A DNA stretch of 64,000 nt. Origin: Vulcanimicrobiota bacterium. GTDB lineage: Bacteria > Vulcanimicrobiota > Xenobia > Xenobiales > JADMJV01. Location: assembly GCA_050250895.1 (NCBI GenBank), contig JBFWNU010000001.1:680008-744007 (forward strand), in the 5' to 3' direction. The position numbers were made by a program, and so were the translations under genes. Positions 18,408 to 28,357 of the stretch are shown piece by piece. Under the pieces are notes generated by a model. It was not told the DNA's origin. It did not search any database and saw only the letters and a list, made by a program, of their open reading frames with translations. The stretch's first letter is position 1; every line of letters begins with the position of its first letter.

Positions 18408-20297
18408 CTATGTCCGCACAACCCTTTTGTCGTCGACTCTTTGGGTGAATCCGGTCAGATCAAAATACTCTAGCACCGGAATGATATATTTGCGGGTGGT
18501 GTCGAGCGCCGTCCGGGCTTCGGAGGCGGTGAAGCCATCGCCCAGTTCTCGCAAGGCCTGGCGAGCCGCCTCCAGCGTCTCTTCGAGGAAATACATTCCC
18601 TCGGCCACCTTCTTGACCGCCTGGGTTTCGATCAGAAAGCCAGCCACGACGTTCCACATCCTGGGGGGTAGGCCGGCTTGCTTTTCCAGCTCTTTCCAAT
18701 CGGGCGGGGCGCAACCGCCCGACCGCAATAGCTCGACCACGCGGTCACAAGCCTTTCGCTGCTCCGGGTCAAGCACGGCCTCGTGACCAGCCAGGGACAA
18801 CAGGGCCTGACGCTCCTGCAAACGCCCCCGGGCCAGACCATCGGCCAGCACGGCCTGGGCCAGTTGCGGCTTGTCGCTATTGAGCAACTTGAGCAACTCT
18901 TCCTTACGCCAGCCCACCCGCCAGGGCGCGGCCTCTTGCAACCGTTCGAGCACCGACTCCAGGCGAGCGCTCAAAGCCTGAGCAGCCGGCCCACTGGCAT
19001 ACCACTTGCCGAGCCGGGCCACCGCCCCCTCGGCCAGCAGGCGTTGCACCAGCTCGTCGAAGGTGGCCTCGTCGAGCTGCAGCTCCTGGGCCAGCGCCTG
19101 AGCCGTGCGGGTCCCGCCGGCGGCCGACTCGAGCACGGCCAAGAGACCGCCTTCGGTGCCGCCTTGCTCGCGGTCTTTGAGCCGGTTGAGCAGCTTAGGG
19201 TCGCTGCGCCGACGATAGGGAGCCGAATAGGGGTCGAGCACGGTCCCGCCCCCCACCGTAAAGCTCGAGGTGAACTCGCGCAAGATGTAGCGGTCTTGCC
19301 GCAACACCACGGTGGGTTCCTCGAGACGAATCTGGACCAGACCACTGCGGCCGGCCTCGAGACGGTCCTGCTCGAGCAGATAGACCCGCCCGATGCACTC
19401 CTGGGTCCCGGCGTAGAAGCGCACCGGGGCCCGGTGCTTGAGGGCCCGAGGCACCGAGGCCAGCACCTCGAGGCGAGCATCGATACAGGTCGTGGCCCGC
19501 ATCAAGCCGGGAGGAGCCAGTACCTGTCCACGGGCCAGGCTGCCGGGCTCGACCCCCGAGAAGTTGACGGCCACGCGCTGGCCGGCCAGCGCCTGCTCGA
19601 CTTTGGCCCCATGAACCTGCAACCCCCGAATGCGCGCCTCGATACCGGCCGGCAAGATCTCGACCCGGTCGCCCACATTGAGGGTGCCGCTCCAGAGCGA
19701 GCCGGTGACCACGGTACCAAAGCCAGATTTGAGAAATACCCGGTCCACCGGCAGCCGGAAGGGCGCATCGACCGAGCGAGGCGCCAGTCCGGCCAGCCGC
19801 TCGGCCAGCACCTTCTTGAGCTCGTCCATGCCACGGCCGGTGCGGGCTGATACGCGCACCACCGGGGCCTGGTGCAAGAAGGTCGGGGCCAGAGCCTGGG
19901 CCAGCTCTTCCTCCACCAACTCGAGGAACTCTTCCTCGGCCAGATCGACCTTGGTCAGCGCGACCACCCCGGCCCGCGTCTTGAGCAGGTCCAGGATCTC
20001 GACATGCTCGGTGGTCTGGGGCATGACGCTTTCCTGGGCGTCGACTACCAGCAGTCCGAGGTCGTAACCACCCACCCCGGCCAGCATGTTCTTGAGAAAG
20101 CGTTCATGACCGGGCACGTCCACGATCCCGGCCGTCACCCCCCGGTCAAGCTCGAGGGAGGCAAAGCCCAGATCGATCGACAGCCCGCGGGCTTGCTCTT
20201 CGGGCAACCGATCGGTCTCGGTGCCGGTGAGAGCCCGAATGAGCGTGCTCTTGCCGTGGTCAACGTGACCAGCCGTGCCTACAATGTAGTGAGCCAT
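18408..20297 (-). CDS. selB: Selenocysteine-specific elongation factor SelB
   Basis: GTAGHVDHGKS, TDRLPEE, SIDLGF, DVPGHERF, TKVD. C-terminal winged-helix TTRKYIIPVLEYFD...R. Confidence 0.96.
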   Translation of the reverse strand: MAHYIVGTAGHVDHGKSTLIRALTGTETDRLPEEQARGLSIDLGFASLELDRGVTAGIVDVPGHERFLKNMLAGVGGYDLGLLVVDAQESVMPQTTEHVEILDLLKTRAGVVALTKVDLAEEEFLELVEEELAQALAPTFLHQAPVVRVSARTGRGMDELKKVLAERLAGLAPRSVDAPFRLPVDRVFLKSGFGTVVTGSLWSGTLNVGDRVEILPAGIEARIRGLQVHGAKVEQALAGQRVAVNFSGVEPGSLARGQVLAPPGLMRATTCIDARLEVLASVPRALKHRAPVRFYAGTQECIGRVYLLEQDRLEAGRSGLVQIRLEEPTVVLRQDRYILREFTSSFTVGGGTVLDPYSAPYRRRSDPKLLNRLKDREQGGTEGGLLAVLESAAGGTRTAQALAQELQLDEATFDELVQRLLAEGAVARLGKWYASGPAAQALSARLESVLERLQEAAPWRVGWRKEELLKLLNSDKPQLAQAVLADGLARGRLQERQALLSLAGHEAVLDPEQRKACDRVVELLRSGGCAPPDWKELEKQAGLPPRMWNVVAGFLIETQAVKKVAEGMYFLEETLEAARQALRELGDGFTASEARTALDTTRKYIIPVLEYFDLTGFTQRVDDKRVVRT

Positions 20298-21622
20298 CGA
20301 AAGGCCTCCTCGATATGGTCCTCGTCCCCGGCCAGCAAAGTCCGCGGGTCGAGCAACACGGCGCCTTTGGCCCGGCGGGCGACCACCGGCGGGCGCGCTC
20401 TTCTCAAACCGTCAAGCAGTTCATCTTCGGAGCGGGTGTGGGGGCGAACCTCGACCAGCCAGGTGGGGAGCTCTTGACCGGGCAAACTGCCGCCCCCGAC
20501 GCTCGAGCCGCCTTCCACCACCGCCACGGTGGCCGTCTCGGACACGATCGATTCGAGCCGGTGGGCCAGCCCCTCGGCCCGCTGGCGCAGCTGGTCAGGG
20601 GTCGCCTTGAGCATGGCCCACACCGGCAGACTCTCGAGGGCGCCCAGATGGGCCCGCAAGGTGCCTTCCAAAGCCGCATACACCAGCTTATCCACCCGCA
20701 GCGCCCGCATCAGGGGATTGGCGGCCAGCTGCTTGACCCAGGTCGCCCGGCCCACGACGATGCCGGCCTGAGGCCCCCCCAGCAGCTTATCGCCTGAAAA
20801 CGCCACCAGGTCGAAATCCAACGAACCGCTCACGGTCGGCTCATCGGGCCAAAGCGGATGCATCAGCCCCGAACCCAGATCGAGACAGGTGGGGATCTTG
20901 CGCTCGCGGCCCAGGGCCGTGAGCACGCCCGGGTCGACCGACTCGGTGAAGCCCACCACTTTGAAGTTCGAGGAGTGGGTCGACAGCAGCAAGCCCGTCT
21001 CGTCGGTGATCGCCGAGGAATAGTCGGCTAAGCGCGTTTTGTTGGTGGTGCCCACTTCAACCAGTCGGGCTCCGGCCCGGGCCAGGATATCAGGGATGCG
21101 AAAGCTGCCTCCAATCTCGATCAACTCGCCGCGACTGACGATCACCTCTTTGCCCCGGGCCAGGGTGTCGAGAATCAACACCATGGCAGCCGCGCAATTA
21201 TTGACCACCAGCGCGTCTTCAGCCCCGGTCAGACGAGTCAGATAAGACTTGACGAGACTGTCGCGCTTGCCTCTGCCCCCGCTCTCGAGCGAAAACTCGA
21301 GGTTGCAGTAGCCACTGCAGGTCTCGACCACGTGCTCGAGGGCCTGGGCGGAAAGCGGGGCCCTGCCCAGGTTGGTGTGCAACACGACGCCGGTAGCGTT
21401 AATGATTTTCTGCAGCCGGACCTCGAGCCAGACGGCCAGCCGCTCCATCACCCACTCGGCCTCGGTTCCCGGCTCGGGAAAATCGCGGATCGAGCGAAGT
21501 TGGTCGGCGGCCAACCGCAACCCCTCGACGACCATGGGCCGGCCGTGGCGGGCGCACCAGTCCGCTGCCCGGGGATGCCCGAGCAGAGACTCGACACTGG
21601 GAATGCGCCGCAGATTGTTCAA
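20279..21622 (-). CDS. selA: L-seryl-tRNA(Sec) selenium transferase SelA
   Basis: INATGVVLHTNLGRAPL, NNCAAA, SRGELIEIGGSFRIPD, EVGTTNKT, FSGDKLLGGPQAG. Start is TTG 21622 (overlapping the selD stop) or GTG 21628. Confidence 0.96.
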   Translation of the reverse strand: MNNLRRIPSVESLLGHPRAADWCARHGRPMVVEGLRLAADQLRSIRDFPEPGTEAEWVMERLAVWLEVRLQKIINATGVVLHTNLGRAPLSAQALEHVVETCSGYCNLEFSLESGGRGKRDSLVKSYLTRLTGAEDALVVNNCAAAMVLILDTLARGKEVIVSRGELIEIGGSFRIPDILARAGARLVEVGTTNKTRLADYSSAITDETGLLLSTHSSNFKVVGFTESVDPGVLTALGRERKIPTCLDLGSGLMHPLWPDEPTVSGSLDFDLVAFSGDKLLGGPQAGIVVGRATWVKQLAANPLMRALRVDKLVYAALEGTLRAHLGALESLPVWAMLKATPDQLRQRAEGLAHRLESIVSETATVAVVEGGSSVGGGSLPGQELPTWLVEVRPHTRSEDELLDGLRRARPPVVARRAKGAVLLDPRTLLAGDEDHIEEAFRWLTTL

Positions 21623-22635
21623 GGACACACGCGTAGACTCACTTCTTCGGCTTCGAGCACCTGCCCGATCTCCCAAAAGCCGGCCGGAGTCGGATGCTCG
21701 GGGGGAATGGCTCCGAGCAAGCCACCCGAGGTCTGGGCATCGTTGAGCAGGTCGCGCACTTCAGGGTCTACACCCTCTTCCCAGCCCAGGGCGCCGGCCC
21801 CTTCCAACCAGGCTCGATTGGCCCGCGAGCCCCCCGGAAAGTGGCCCTGGCGATAGTAGTCAAATACCCCGTCAAGCCAGGGAATGCGACTCGCTTCGAG
21901 CCGCATGGTCACCTGGGAAGCACGGGCCATCTCGAAGAGGTGTCCCAGCAGGCCATAGCCGGTGATATCCGTACCACCGGTGGTGCCGGCCGCCACCAGA
22001 GCCTCGGCCGCCTCACGGTTGAGTCGCTCCATCCACTCCACGGCCGCGTCCAGGTGAGCCGCACTGGCCGCCTCGCGCTTATGAGCGGTGGTGAGCACCC
22101 CCGTTCCCAGCGGCTTGCTGAGCACCAGCCGTTGGCCCGGACGGGCCCCTCCCTTGGTCATCATGCGATCGGGATCGATCACCCCGGTCACCGCCAGGCC
22201 GTACTTGGGCTCCTGGTCCTCGACAGTGTGCCCGCCGGCCAGCAGAGCGCCCGCCTCGAGGATGGTGTCGAGGCCTCCTCTGAGAATCTCGGCCAGGACC
22301 TCGCCCCCCAGTTGGCGAGTGGGAAAGCAACAGATGTTCATCGCCGTGACCGGCTGCCCGCCCATGGCATAGACATCTGACAAACTGTTGGCCGCGGCGA
22401 TGCGGCCGTAGTGGTAGGGCGAGTCTACCACGGGCGTGAAAAAGTCAACGGTCTGTACCAACACGGTCGAATCGTTGAGGCGAACGACCACCGCATCGTC
22501 ACCGACCGAATCCCCCACCAGGACCCGGGAGTCTTTTGGCTTGATTAAACGGAGCAGCACCTGCTCCAGATCCTCAGGTCGGATCTTGGAGGCTCAACCG
22601 GCGCAGGCTGCGTATTGGGTCATTCGGATTTGCAT
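21619..22635 (-). CDS. selD: Selenide, water dikinase SelD (selenoprotein, Sec14)
   Basis: MQIRMTQYAACAG-UGA(22596-22594)-ASKIRPEDL continues in frame into DDAVV, QTVDFFTP, AANSLSDVYAMGG, GGHT, DITGYGL, DAQTSGGLL. Confidence 0.95.
22564..22591 (-). promoter_or_regulatory. Putative bacterial SECIS hairpin just 3' of the selD UGA
   Basis: mRNA cucc(a)agaucc-gaccuga-ggaucuggag gives a 10-bp stem with a bulge and a G-first loop. An alternative accug/caggu stem is also possible. Confidence 0.6.
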
Positions 22636-22695
22636 AGGCGGCTGTTCCGCCCACCCGGCCAGGATTCCCGCCCCCTCGGCCGAAGCCGCCAGAGT

Positions 22696-24009
22696 ATGGT
22701 CAAGAAAAAAGTCGTGGTGCTGGGAGCCGGATTTGGCGGGCTGCAAGCCGCCCGCACCTTCCGTCGCCGCTCGGATGTCGAAGTCACCATCATCGACCGC
22801 ACCAACCATCACCTTTTTCAGCCCCTGCTCTACCAGGTGGCCACGGGAGGACTCAACCCTTCCGAGATCGCCAGTCCGGTGCGGGCGGTGTTGGGCCGGC
22901 AGAAAAACCTTACCTCGCTGATGGGCAACGTCACCAGCGTCGACTACGAGCACAACCGGGTCGAACTCGACGGGGGCCAGATCACTCTCGAGTATGACTA
23001 TCTAGTCCTGGCCATGGGAGGCCGCACCAGCTACTTCGGCAACGACCAGTGGGAGAAAGTGGCGCCGGGCCTCAAGTCGTTGCAAGACGCCCTGACCATC
23101 CGCCAGCGCGTGCTGTGGGCCTTTGAGCGGGCCGAAAAACTCGAGGACGGCCCCGAACGCGAAAAGCTCATGACCATCGTGGTGGTCGGCGGCGGCCCCA
23201 CCGGGGTAGAGCTGGCCGGAGCCATGGCCGAACTGCGTCGCCACGTGTTGCGATGGGATTTCAAGAACATCGACCCCAACAAGGCTCGGGTTTTGCTGGT
23301 GGAGGGCGGACCGGGGCTGCTGGGAGCCTTTCCCGAGCGGCTCGGCAAGTACGCCACCCGCAAGCTCGAGAACCTCGGCGTCGAGCTGCTCTTCAACGAG
23401 CGCGTCAAGACCATCGAAGCCGGCCGCGTGGTCACCGAGGCCCGCACCATCGAGGCCGAAAACATCATCTGGGCGGCGGGCGTGGGTGGTCACGAACTGG
23501 CTCCGCGGCTGGGGGATGACCGGGACCGGGCCGGGCGGCTGACGGTCGAAGCCGACCTGCACCTACCTGGCCGAGACAACGTCTATTGTGTCGGCGACAT
23601 GGCCCACTACGAGCACTCCCAAACCAACGACGGCAAGCTGCTTCCCGGGGTGGCCCAGGTGGCCATTCAACAGGGCAAGCTGGCAGCCAAGAACATTCTG
23701 CGTCAACTCGACGGCCAGCCGACTCAGCCCTTTCACTACTTCGACAAGGGCAGCATGGCCACCATCGGTCGGAGTGCTGCCGTGGCCCACACTCCCTTCA
23801 ATCTGCAAATGACCGGGCCGCTGGCCTGGCTGGCCTGGCTGTTCGTTCACCTGATGTTTCTGGTCGACTATCGCAATCGCTTGATCGTGCTCCTGCGCTG
23901 GACCTGGAAGTACTTCGGCTGGCGCTGGAACGTGCGCCTGATCACGGCCCCGCCCGAAACCAGTGAAGAGAGCGCCGAAGAGCCCAGGACCCCCGTCGAG
24001 AGTTCGTGA
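22696..24009 (+). CDS. ndh: Type II NADH dehydrogenase
   Basis: VVVLGAGFGG, NHHLFQPLLYQVATG, VVGGGPTGVELAG, WAAGV, VGD, PGVAQVAIQQG, DKGSMATIGR. Confidence 0.93.
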   Translation: MVKKKVVVLGAGFGGLQAARTFRRRSDVEVTIIDRTNHHLFQPLLYQVATGGLNPSEIASPVRAVLGRQKNLTSLMGNVTSVDYEHNRVELDGGQITLEYDYLVLAMGGRTSYFGNDQWEKVAPGLKSLQDALTIRQRVLWAFERAEKLEDGPEREKLMTIVVVGGGPTGVELAGAMAELRRHVLRWDFKNIDPNKARVLLVEGGPGLLGAFPERLGKYATRKLENLGVELLFNERVKTIEAGRVVTEARTIEAENIIWAAGVGGHELAPRLGDDRDRAGRLTVEADLHLPGRDNVYCVGDMAHYEHSQTNDGKLLPGVAQVAIQQGKLAAKNILRQLDGQPTQPFHYFDKGSMATIGRSAAVAHTPFNLQMTGPLAWLAWLFVHLMFLVDYRNRLIVLLRWTWKYFGWRWNVRLITAPPETSEESAEEPRTPVESS

Positions 24010-25511
24010 AACGGCCCCGGGCAACCGGTCCCAAACAGATGGTGGGTCGCCTCATGAACGACCCCACTTTCGTTCCCAAGCGCTGGCTCGATGGCTTCAT
24101 CGCACTCTTGATCGTGTTTTCGGCCGGCGAGATCATTCACTACTCCCTGAGCGAGGCCACTCCACCCGCTTGGATGGTCAACCTCGACCACGCCATTCTG
24201 GGCCTGTTCCTGGTAGAATACCTGGCCCGGCTTTGGGTGGTGGACCCCGAACTACCCGAAGTTCTCCAACTGAGCGACAGCCAGCGGCTCTGGTATCATC
24301 TCAAGGCGCGTCTTGCCTGGGCCCTGACTCCCCTGGCTCTCATCGACCTGCTGGCTCTTTTGCCACTGTTCTCGCTGGCCGATTCGTTGCGCTTGCTGAG
24401 GGTGATGCGGGTGCTGCGCCTGCTCAGGCTCTATCGAGCCTTCGTCTATCACGATACCTTCGTCAAACTGGCCAAGGCCTTTCGTTCCAACACGCTGCTC
24501 TATCTCGTGGCCTTCAGTCTGGTAGGAGTTACCGTCCTGATCGGGTCGCTCAGCTTCTTTGTGGTCGAAAGCCGTGTCAACGAAAGGGTTCAGACTCCCT
24601 GGGACGCTCTTTGGTGGACGGTGGTCACACTGACCACCGTGGGTTACGGCGACACCGTGCCCGCCACTCCGGCCGGGCGGGTGGTGGCACTGGTTCTGAT
24701 GCTGGCCGGAATGATCTTGCTGGCCGTGTTCGCCGGTGTCATGTCCCAAACCATGGTAGGGTACCTTTTGGACGTGCGAGAAGAGCGCGTGCGTATGAGT
24801 TCGGTGGTGGACCAGGTAGTGGTTTGCGGCTGGAACAGCCGCGGCCCGATGATCGTTGAAGAACTGGCCGCCCTGGATCCCGACCGCTCGGTAGTGGTCT
24901 TTTCGGCGGGCGAGTCGCCGGAGGATCTACCCTCGACGGCCACCCATATCCGCGGCGATCCAACCAGGGAGGCCGAACTGGACAAGGTTCGTATGGCGGT
25001 GGCCTCGGCCGCTATCGTGCTGGCCACCCCGGGCGAGGCACTGTCGGCCTCGGATGGCCACACGGCCCTGGTGGTCTATACTGTCCGTTCGTTCGAGGCC
25101 AAGTTGAGCCGGCGCGAGGTCCACCGCAAGCGGCCACTGCATATATGCGCCGAACTGATGGATCCCGAGAACTTTGACCACCTCAAGACGGCCGGGGCCG
25201 ACGAGGTGGTCCATACCGCCCAGATCGGCAGCAACCTGATCGCCCACTCTTCGAACCGACCGGGCATGGCCAGTGTGGTCAAAGAGTTGTTATCCTGGTG
25301 GGGTCAGCAGATCGACATCTCTACCCCACCCGAGGGGCTGGCCCTGCCGGCCTCCTTCGAGCAGGTGGGCGACGAGGTGCGCCAGCGGGGGCGCTATCTC
25401 GTCATCGGCCTCATTCGCGCTGGCGGTGAGGTCTTGCTCAACCCCCCCAACGACACCCCGGTGAACCCGGGAGACCGCATCGTGTACCTGCGCGATGGAG
25501 ATGAGGACTGA
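24006..25511 (+). CDS. 6-TM potassium channel with RCK/TrkA domains
   Basis: S4-like LRLLRVMRVLRLLRLYR, selectivity filter TTVGYGD, RCK VVVCGW...GDPT...AGADEVV, TrkA-C tail. Confidence 0.92.
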   Translation: MKRPRATGPKQMVGRLMNDPTFVPKRWLDGFIALLIVFSAGEIIHYSLSEATPPAWMVNLDHAILGLFLVEYLARLWVVDPELPEVLQLSDSQRLWYHLKARLAWALTPLALIDLLALLPLFSLADSLRLLRVMRVLRLLRLYRAFVYHDTFVKLAKAFRSNTLLYLVAFSLVGVTVLIGSLSFFVVESRVNERVQTPWDALWWTVVTLTTVGYGDTVPATPAGRVVALVLMLAGMILLAVFAGVMSQTMVGYLLDVREERVRMSSVVDQVVVCGWNSRGPMIVEELAALDPDRSVVVFSAGESPEDLPSTATHIRGDPTREAELDKVRMAVASAAIVLATPGEALSASDGHTALVVYTVRSFEAKLSRREVHRKRPLHICAELMDPENFDHLKTAGADEVVHTAQIGSNLIAHSSNRPGMASVVKELLSWWGQQIDISTPPEGLALPASFEQVGDEVRQRGRYLVIGLIRAGGEVLLNPPNDTPVNPGDRIVYLRDGDED

Positions 25512-26431
25512 TGTTTGATTCGAGGATGGCCGAGGCGGCGGTGGCTGCCGTGGCCGAAGCGGCCGAGGTGGTTGGTCGGGTCAGCCGGCCCGAGAGCCTG
25601 GCTAAAGCCGATACTTCCCCCGTCACCCTGGCGGACTACGCCTCCCAGGCGGTGGTCACCCGGTCGCTGCGCGACCACCTGGGTCCCCAGACCCGGTTGG
25701 TGGGCGAAGAAGGGTCCGATCTGCTGGAGCGAAATCCTGAATTCTCCGCCCAGCTCGCCGAACTGCTCGGCTTCGTCCCCGGCCCTGATCTGTTCAAACC
25801 GAGCTCGCTGGAGGAGGGGGCCTGCTGGGTGCTCGACCCCATCGACGGCACTAAAGGCTTTCTGCGAGGGGATCAGTATGCCATCGCCCTGGCCCTGGTA
25901 AAACAGGGAAGGGTGCAAGTGGCCGTGCTGGGCTGCCCGAACCTGCTCCTCGAGTGCCTGGGAGGTCGTGGCTGCCTGGTCACGGCGGCGCGTGGCCAGG
26001 GTTGTTGGGCTCGACTGCTCCAGGGCCAGGATTGGGTCCAGCTCAAGACCAGCGAGCGAGAGCACGACCTGCGCATTCTCACTTCGGTCGAACCGGCTCA
26101 CTCCGACGACGCCGTGGCCCGCCGGGTGACCGAACGCTTCGGCGCCACCGCCATCCCCATGGACAGCCAGGCCAAATACGCCGTGCTGGCGGCGGGCGAA
26201 GGCGAGGTCTATCTGCGCATTCCCCACCGGGAAAAAATCCATCGGGAGTATATCTGGGACCAGGCGGCCGGCGCTTTGGTCGTCGAAGAGGCCGGGGGGA
26301 TCATTACCGATTTGCAAGCGCGCCCTCTGGATTTTTCCACCGGCACCCGGCTGCTGAACAACCTGGGAGTCTGCGCCAGCAACGGCCCCCCCCATCAGGC
26401 CCTCATCGAGCTGTTCAGCCAGCTGGTGTGA
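25511..26431 (+). CDS. 3'(2'),5'-bisphosphate nucleotidase (HAL2-like, inositol monophosphatase family)
   Basis: KADTSPVTLADY, GEE, WVLDPIDGTKGFLRG.QYA, DSQAKY, EYIWDQAAG. Confidence 0.9.
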   Translation: MFDSRMAEAAVAAVAEAAEVVGRVSRPESLAKADTSPVTLADYASQAVVTRSLRDHLGPQTRLVGEEGSDLLERNPEFSAQLAELLGFVPGPDLFKPSSLEEGACWVLDPIDGTKGFLRGDQYAIALALVKQGRVQVAVLGCPNLLLECLGGRGCLVTAARGQGCWARLLQGQDWVQLKTSEREHDLRILTSVEPAHSDDAVARRVTERFGATAIPMDSQAKYAVLAAGEGEVYLRIPHREKIHREYIWDQAAGALVVEEAGGIITDLQARPLDFSTGTRLLNNLGVCASNGPPHQALIELFSQLV

Positions 26432-27569
26432 CGATGGCCTCGAGTTCGGGCGAATCGTAACCCCACCGGCGGGCCTCTTTGACCAGTTCGGCCGCTTTGG
26501 CGGGCTGGCCGGCAGCCGCGAAGGCCCGGGCGGCCACGGTCAGAGTCTCGTTGTCCCGCCGGCGTTCCAGTTCGTTCTTCATCACCTCGACCGCCCGCGC
26601 CACGTCCTCGGGCCGCCCGCGCTCGAGATAAAGTCGGCCCAAATCCCGGCCGTGGCCGTAGTGACCGCGGGCAAGGTCGCCTTCAAGAATCGTCTGGGCC
26701 TGCTCCCACACCCGCTCGGCTTCTTGATCACGTCCAGCCAGATGATGACACAACCCCAACCACACCAGGGGTGCCGCTTCTTGATTTTTGGCGAAAGCCC
26801 GGGTGTAGAACTCGCCGGCCCTGGAGTAATCCATCTGCTCACGGGCTAGATGCCCCAGCCAGAGCAGAGCGGCCGGGTCATCCTGGCGGGCCTGCAGGGC
26901 CCCCAAAAAGGCCTGCCGAGCAGCCTCGAAACGCTCTAGCCGCATCAAGCACCGCCCCATCTCGACCCGCAGCAGGGCCGACAAGCTGCGCTGCTGGGGT
27001 TGCTCTAGATTGATGGCCTCTTGATAATACTCGGCTGCCTGCTCGAATTGGCCGCGCGCCTCGGCCAGACGACCCTTGAGACCCAGATAACCCGGTCCCG
27101 GCTCGCGGGGCAACCGTTTGAACCAGGCTTCGGCCTGATCGACGCGACCCAGCTCGATATTCGCCGTGGTCAGCAGACTCAAAGCGCCCTCGTTGTTCGA
27201 GTCGCGATGCAGCACGTCTTCGCAAAGAGCGACGCACTGAGCGAACTCATGCGTTGCCTCATGGACTTGAGCCAACACCAGGGTGGCGCCGGGATTGGGC
27301 TGGCGCTCGATCGACTCGCGCGCCAGTTGAGCCGCCAACTCGAAAAAGCTGGGGTCCCGGGTGAGGCGGGCCTTCTCTAGATAAGCCTCCGCCAAAGTGG
27401 CCCGGTCCACGAAGCCTTTCGGGTTGCGCTCCACGCGGTCCCGATAGAACGTGATCAGCTCATCGGTCGTGGGGCCCGAGGCCTGGACATATTGATAGTC
27501 GTAGGGGTTTGCCGCCGGCCGGCTACAGGCCACCAGCCCGAGCAGCAGCAGCCACCACAGCTTGCTCAC
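26415..27569 (-). CDS. TPR-repeat lipoprotein
   Basis: Lipobox LLGLVAC followed by multiple TPR helix pairs. Confidence 0.85.
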   Translation of the reverse strand: MSKLWWLLLLGLVACSRPAANPYDYQYVQASGPTTDELITFYRDRVERNPKGFVDRATLAEAYLEKARLTRDPSFFELAAQLARESIERQPNPGATLVLAQVHEATHEFAQCVALCEDVLHRDSNNEGALSLLTTANIELGRVDQAEAWFKRLPREPGPGYLGLKGRLAEARGQFEQAAEYYQEAINLEQPQQRSLSALLRVEMGRCLMRLERFEAARQAFLGALQARQDDPAALLWLGHLAREQMDYSRAGEFYTRAFAKNQEAAPLVWLGLCHHLAGRDQEAERVWEQAQTILEGDLARGHYGHGRDLGRLYLERGRPEDVARAVEVMKNELERRRDNETLTVAARAFAAAGQPAKAAELVKEARRWGYDSPELEAIVTPAG

Positions 27570-28258
27570 TTCTTTTCGAGCTTGGCCAACTTGTCGGCCA
27601 GGGCGTCGTGCTTGTTCTGGCGAGCCCGAATGGCCGGGGTGCGCCCGTCGTTATCCACCACGCCCGGGTTGGCCCCGGCCTCGAGCAGCAGCTGGCAAAC
27701 CTCATCCTGGCCACTGGCCGCGGCCCAGTGCAGCGGGGTCGAGTTGGTGGCATCCCGGGCGTTGAGGTCGGCCCCCTGTTCTAGCAAGAAACTGCACATT
27801 TCGGTCTTGCCGTTGATGGCCGCCGTGTGCAGGGCGAACAGACCCATAGAGTCGGTGGCGTCTTTCTGGGCCCCTCGCTCCAGCAGATAGCGGGCCGCCT
27901 CGACGTGGCCACCCCCGGCGGCCACCAAGAAAGGGGTGCTGTCAAAGGCGCCCCGGGCCTCGATATCGGCGCCCTGGTCGAGCAGATAGGCGAGCATCTC
28001 GACCTGGCCATAGTGGGCGGCTGTATGAAGTGGAGCAAACTGAGACTGATTGCGGCCGTTCACCGAAATCGGGCTGCCCGAAAGAAGGCCCTTTAGCTCT
28101 TCAAGCTTGCCCCCCTCGATGACCCTGGTGACCTCTACTTGCAGCTCGGCCTCTTTGACGATCTCTTGCTGTGTTGGTGGCTTCGGCTTCGTCGGGGTCG
28201 ACTGGCAGCCCACCATGGTCAGCGTTAGCACAACAAGCAAGCAGTGGTAAATCCTCAT
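27566..28258 (-). CDS. Ankyrin-repeat lipoprotein
   Basis: MRIYHCLLVVLTLTMVGC lipobox. Ankyrin repeats APLHTAA, TPFLVAA, ALHTAA, TPLHWAA, GRTP. Confidence 0.88.
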   Translation of the reverse strand: MRIYHCLLVVLTLTMVGCQSTPTKPKPPTQQEIVKEAELQVEVTRVIEGGKLEELKGLLSGSPISVNGRNQSQFAPLHTAAHYGQVEMLAYLLDQGADIEARGAFDSTPFLVAAGGGHVEAARYLLERGAQKDATDSMGLFALHTAAINGKTEMCSFLLEQGADLNARDATNSTPLHWAAASGQDEVCQLLLEAGANPGVVDNDGRTPAIRARQNKHDALADKLAKLEKK

Positions 28259-28357
28259 GGCTTTCCATACCATCGAGGCATGGGGTCCAAACGTATAAGA
28301 GGACCCTCGAGATTTTCTGCGAACGGAACCAGACTTGCAAATCCCAGGGAGGTCAAT

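Noticed and set aside
18408-22700. tRNA-Sec (selC) near selDAB
   Set aside because: No intergenic space and no tRNA-like sequence seen. It is presumably elsewhere in the genome.
28313-28337. Partial matches to the shared promoter motif before DUF4331 (TTTCTG-N8-ACCAGACT) and pilC (ATTGAG-N8-GCACTTCT)
   Set aside because: Both boxes have mismatches and the TA of the -10-like element is missing, so they were not counted.
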